Sequence record: MN871444.1
DNA length: 64,000 bases
Strand: one strand, 5' to 3'
This document shows positions 63,635-64,000 of the stretch, one piece after another. The position numbers and the translations under genes are program-made. The notes under the pieces were generated by a model. That model saw only the letters and a program-made list of their open reading frames with translations. It searched no databases and was not told where the DNA came from. The first letter of the stretch is position 1, and each line of letters begins with the position of its first letter.

Positions 63635-64000
63635 ATGGCCAACAGAGCGATTACGAAGAAAATTAGTGCTTTGCCGACCTACGCACTGAACAACAATAAC
63701 GGCAATTTACTGTATAGTGAGGGGGGTGCAAATTACCAATTTCCGTTGAGTAATATTGCCCTTCTTTCAAACCTGGGTTCAAGTGAAGTGGGTAAAGGGG
63801 CGAGTCTGATAGGGACATCAGACGGTAGCAATTTACAACAAATTGCAACAGTAGTAAGTGACCAACTTATAACCAACCCACAAATTGTTGCTGGCGACAA
63901 CATGTCCGTTTTAGACCGAATCAAAGTCAAAGGCCAGTATGACATCAACCCGGCACCTCAGGAACCCCAAGCCGCAGTAGGTATTACTTTTGGAGGGCAG
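63635..64000 (+). CDS. tailspike G, 5' part (runs off the window); currently expressed arm of switch 2; not in the ORF track
   Basis: GAGGGG RBS; manual translation MANRAITKKISALPTYALNNNNGNLLYSEGGANYQFPLSNIALLSNLGSSEVGKGASLIG... is open to the window end. Confidence 0.9.
   Translation, partial: MANRAITKKISALPTYALNNNNGNLLYSEGGANYQFPLSNIALLSNLGSSEVGKGASLIGTSDGSNLQQIATVVSDQLITNPQIVAGDNMSVLDRIKVKGQYDINPAPQEPQAAVGITFGGQ
63762..63787 (+). repeat. invertase crossover site D (core TG)
   Basis: TTCTTTCAAACC-TG-GGTTCAAGTGAA; left arm is 10/12 identical to the hixL arm TTCTTGAAAACC. Confidence 0.92.

Noticed and set aside
48360-64000. Diversity-generating retroelement acting on the spikes
   Set aside because: No reverse transcriptase and no template/variable repeat pair differing at adenines was seen

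Overview
This window is part of a phiKZ/SPN3US-like jumbo myophage genome. Nucleus-forming Chimalliviridae affinity is inferred from gene content; no chimallin gene is visible here. From left to right it holds: tail-associated genes, including a 2139-aa tape-measure/lytic transglycosylase; two virion RNA polymerase subunits (beta-prime-like and beta-like); head proteins and the prohead protease; an early-promoter-driven accessory block with many small membrane proteins; tail tube and sheath; three structural genes; the large terminase with a class 3 intein; a hairpin-dense non-coding stretch; a second accessory block; and, from 48.4 kb to the end, an array of at least seven tailspike/depolymerase modules with four paralogous adaptor genes. 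The main discovery is in that array. A Hin/Gin-family serine invertase (63019-63570) sits between two inverted hix/gix-like sites, and a second invertase-less pair of inverted sites lies 12 kb upstream. In each switch the promoter and the constant 5' head of a tailspike flip between two divergent, in-frame receptor-binding bodies. The two switches share a 31-bp upstream element but have different core dinucleotides (TC vs TG). This suggests one enzyme running two insulated receptor switches, giving four possible virion types. No tRNA, rRNA or CRISPR array was recognised. Homolog names come from remembered motifs and synteny, not from database searches.
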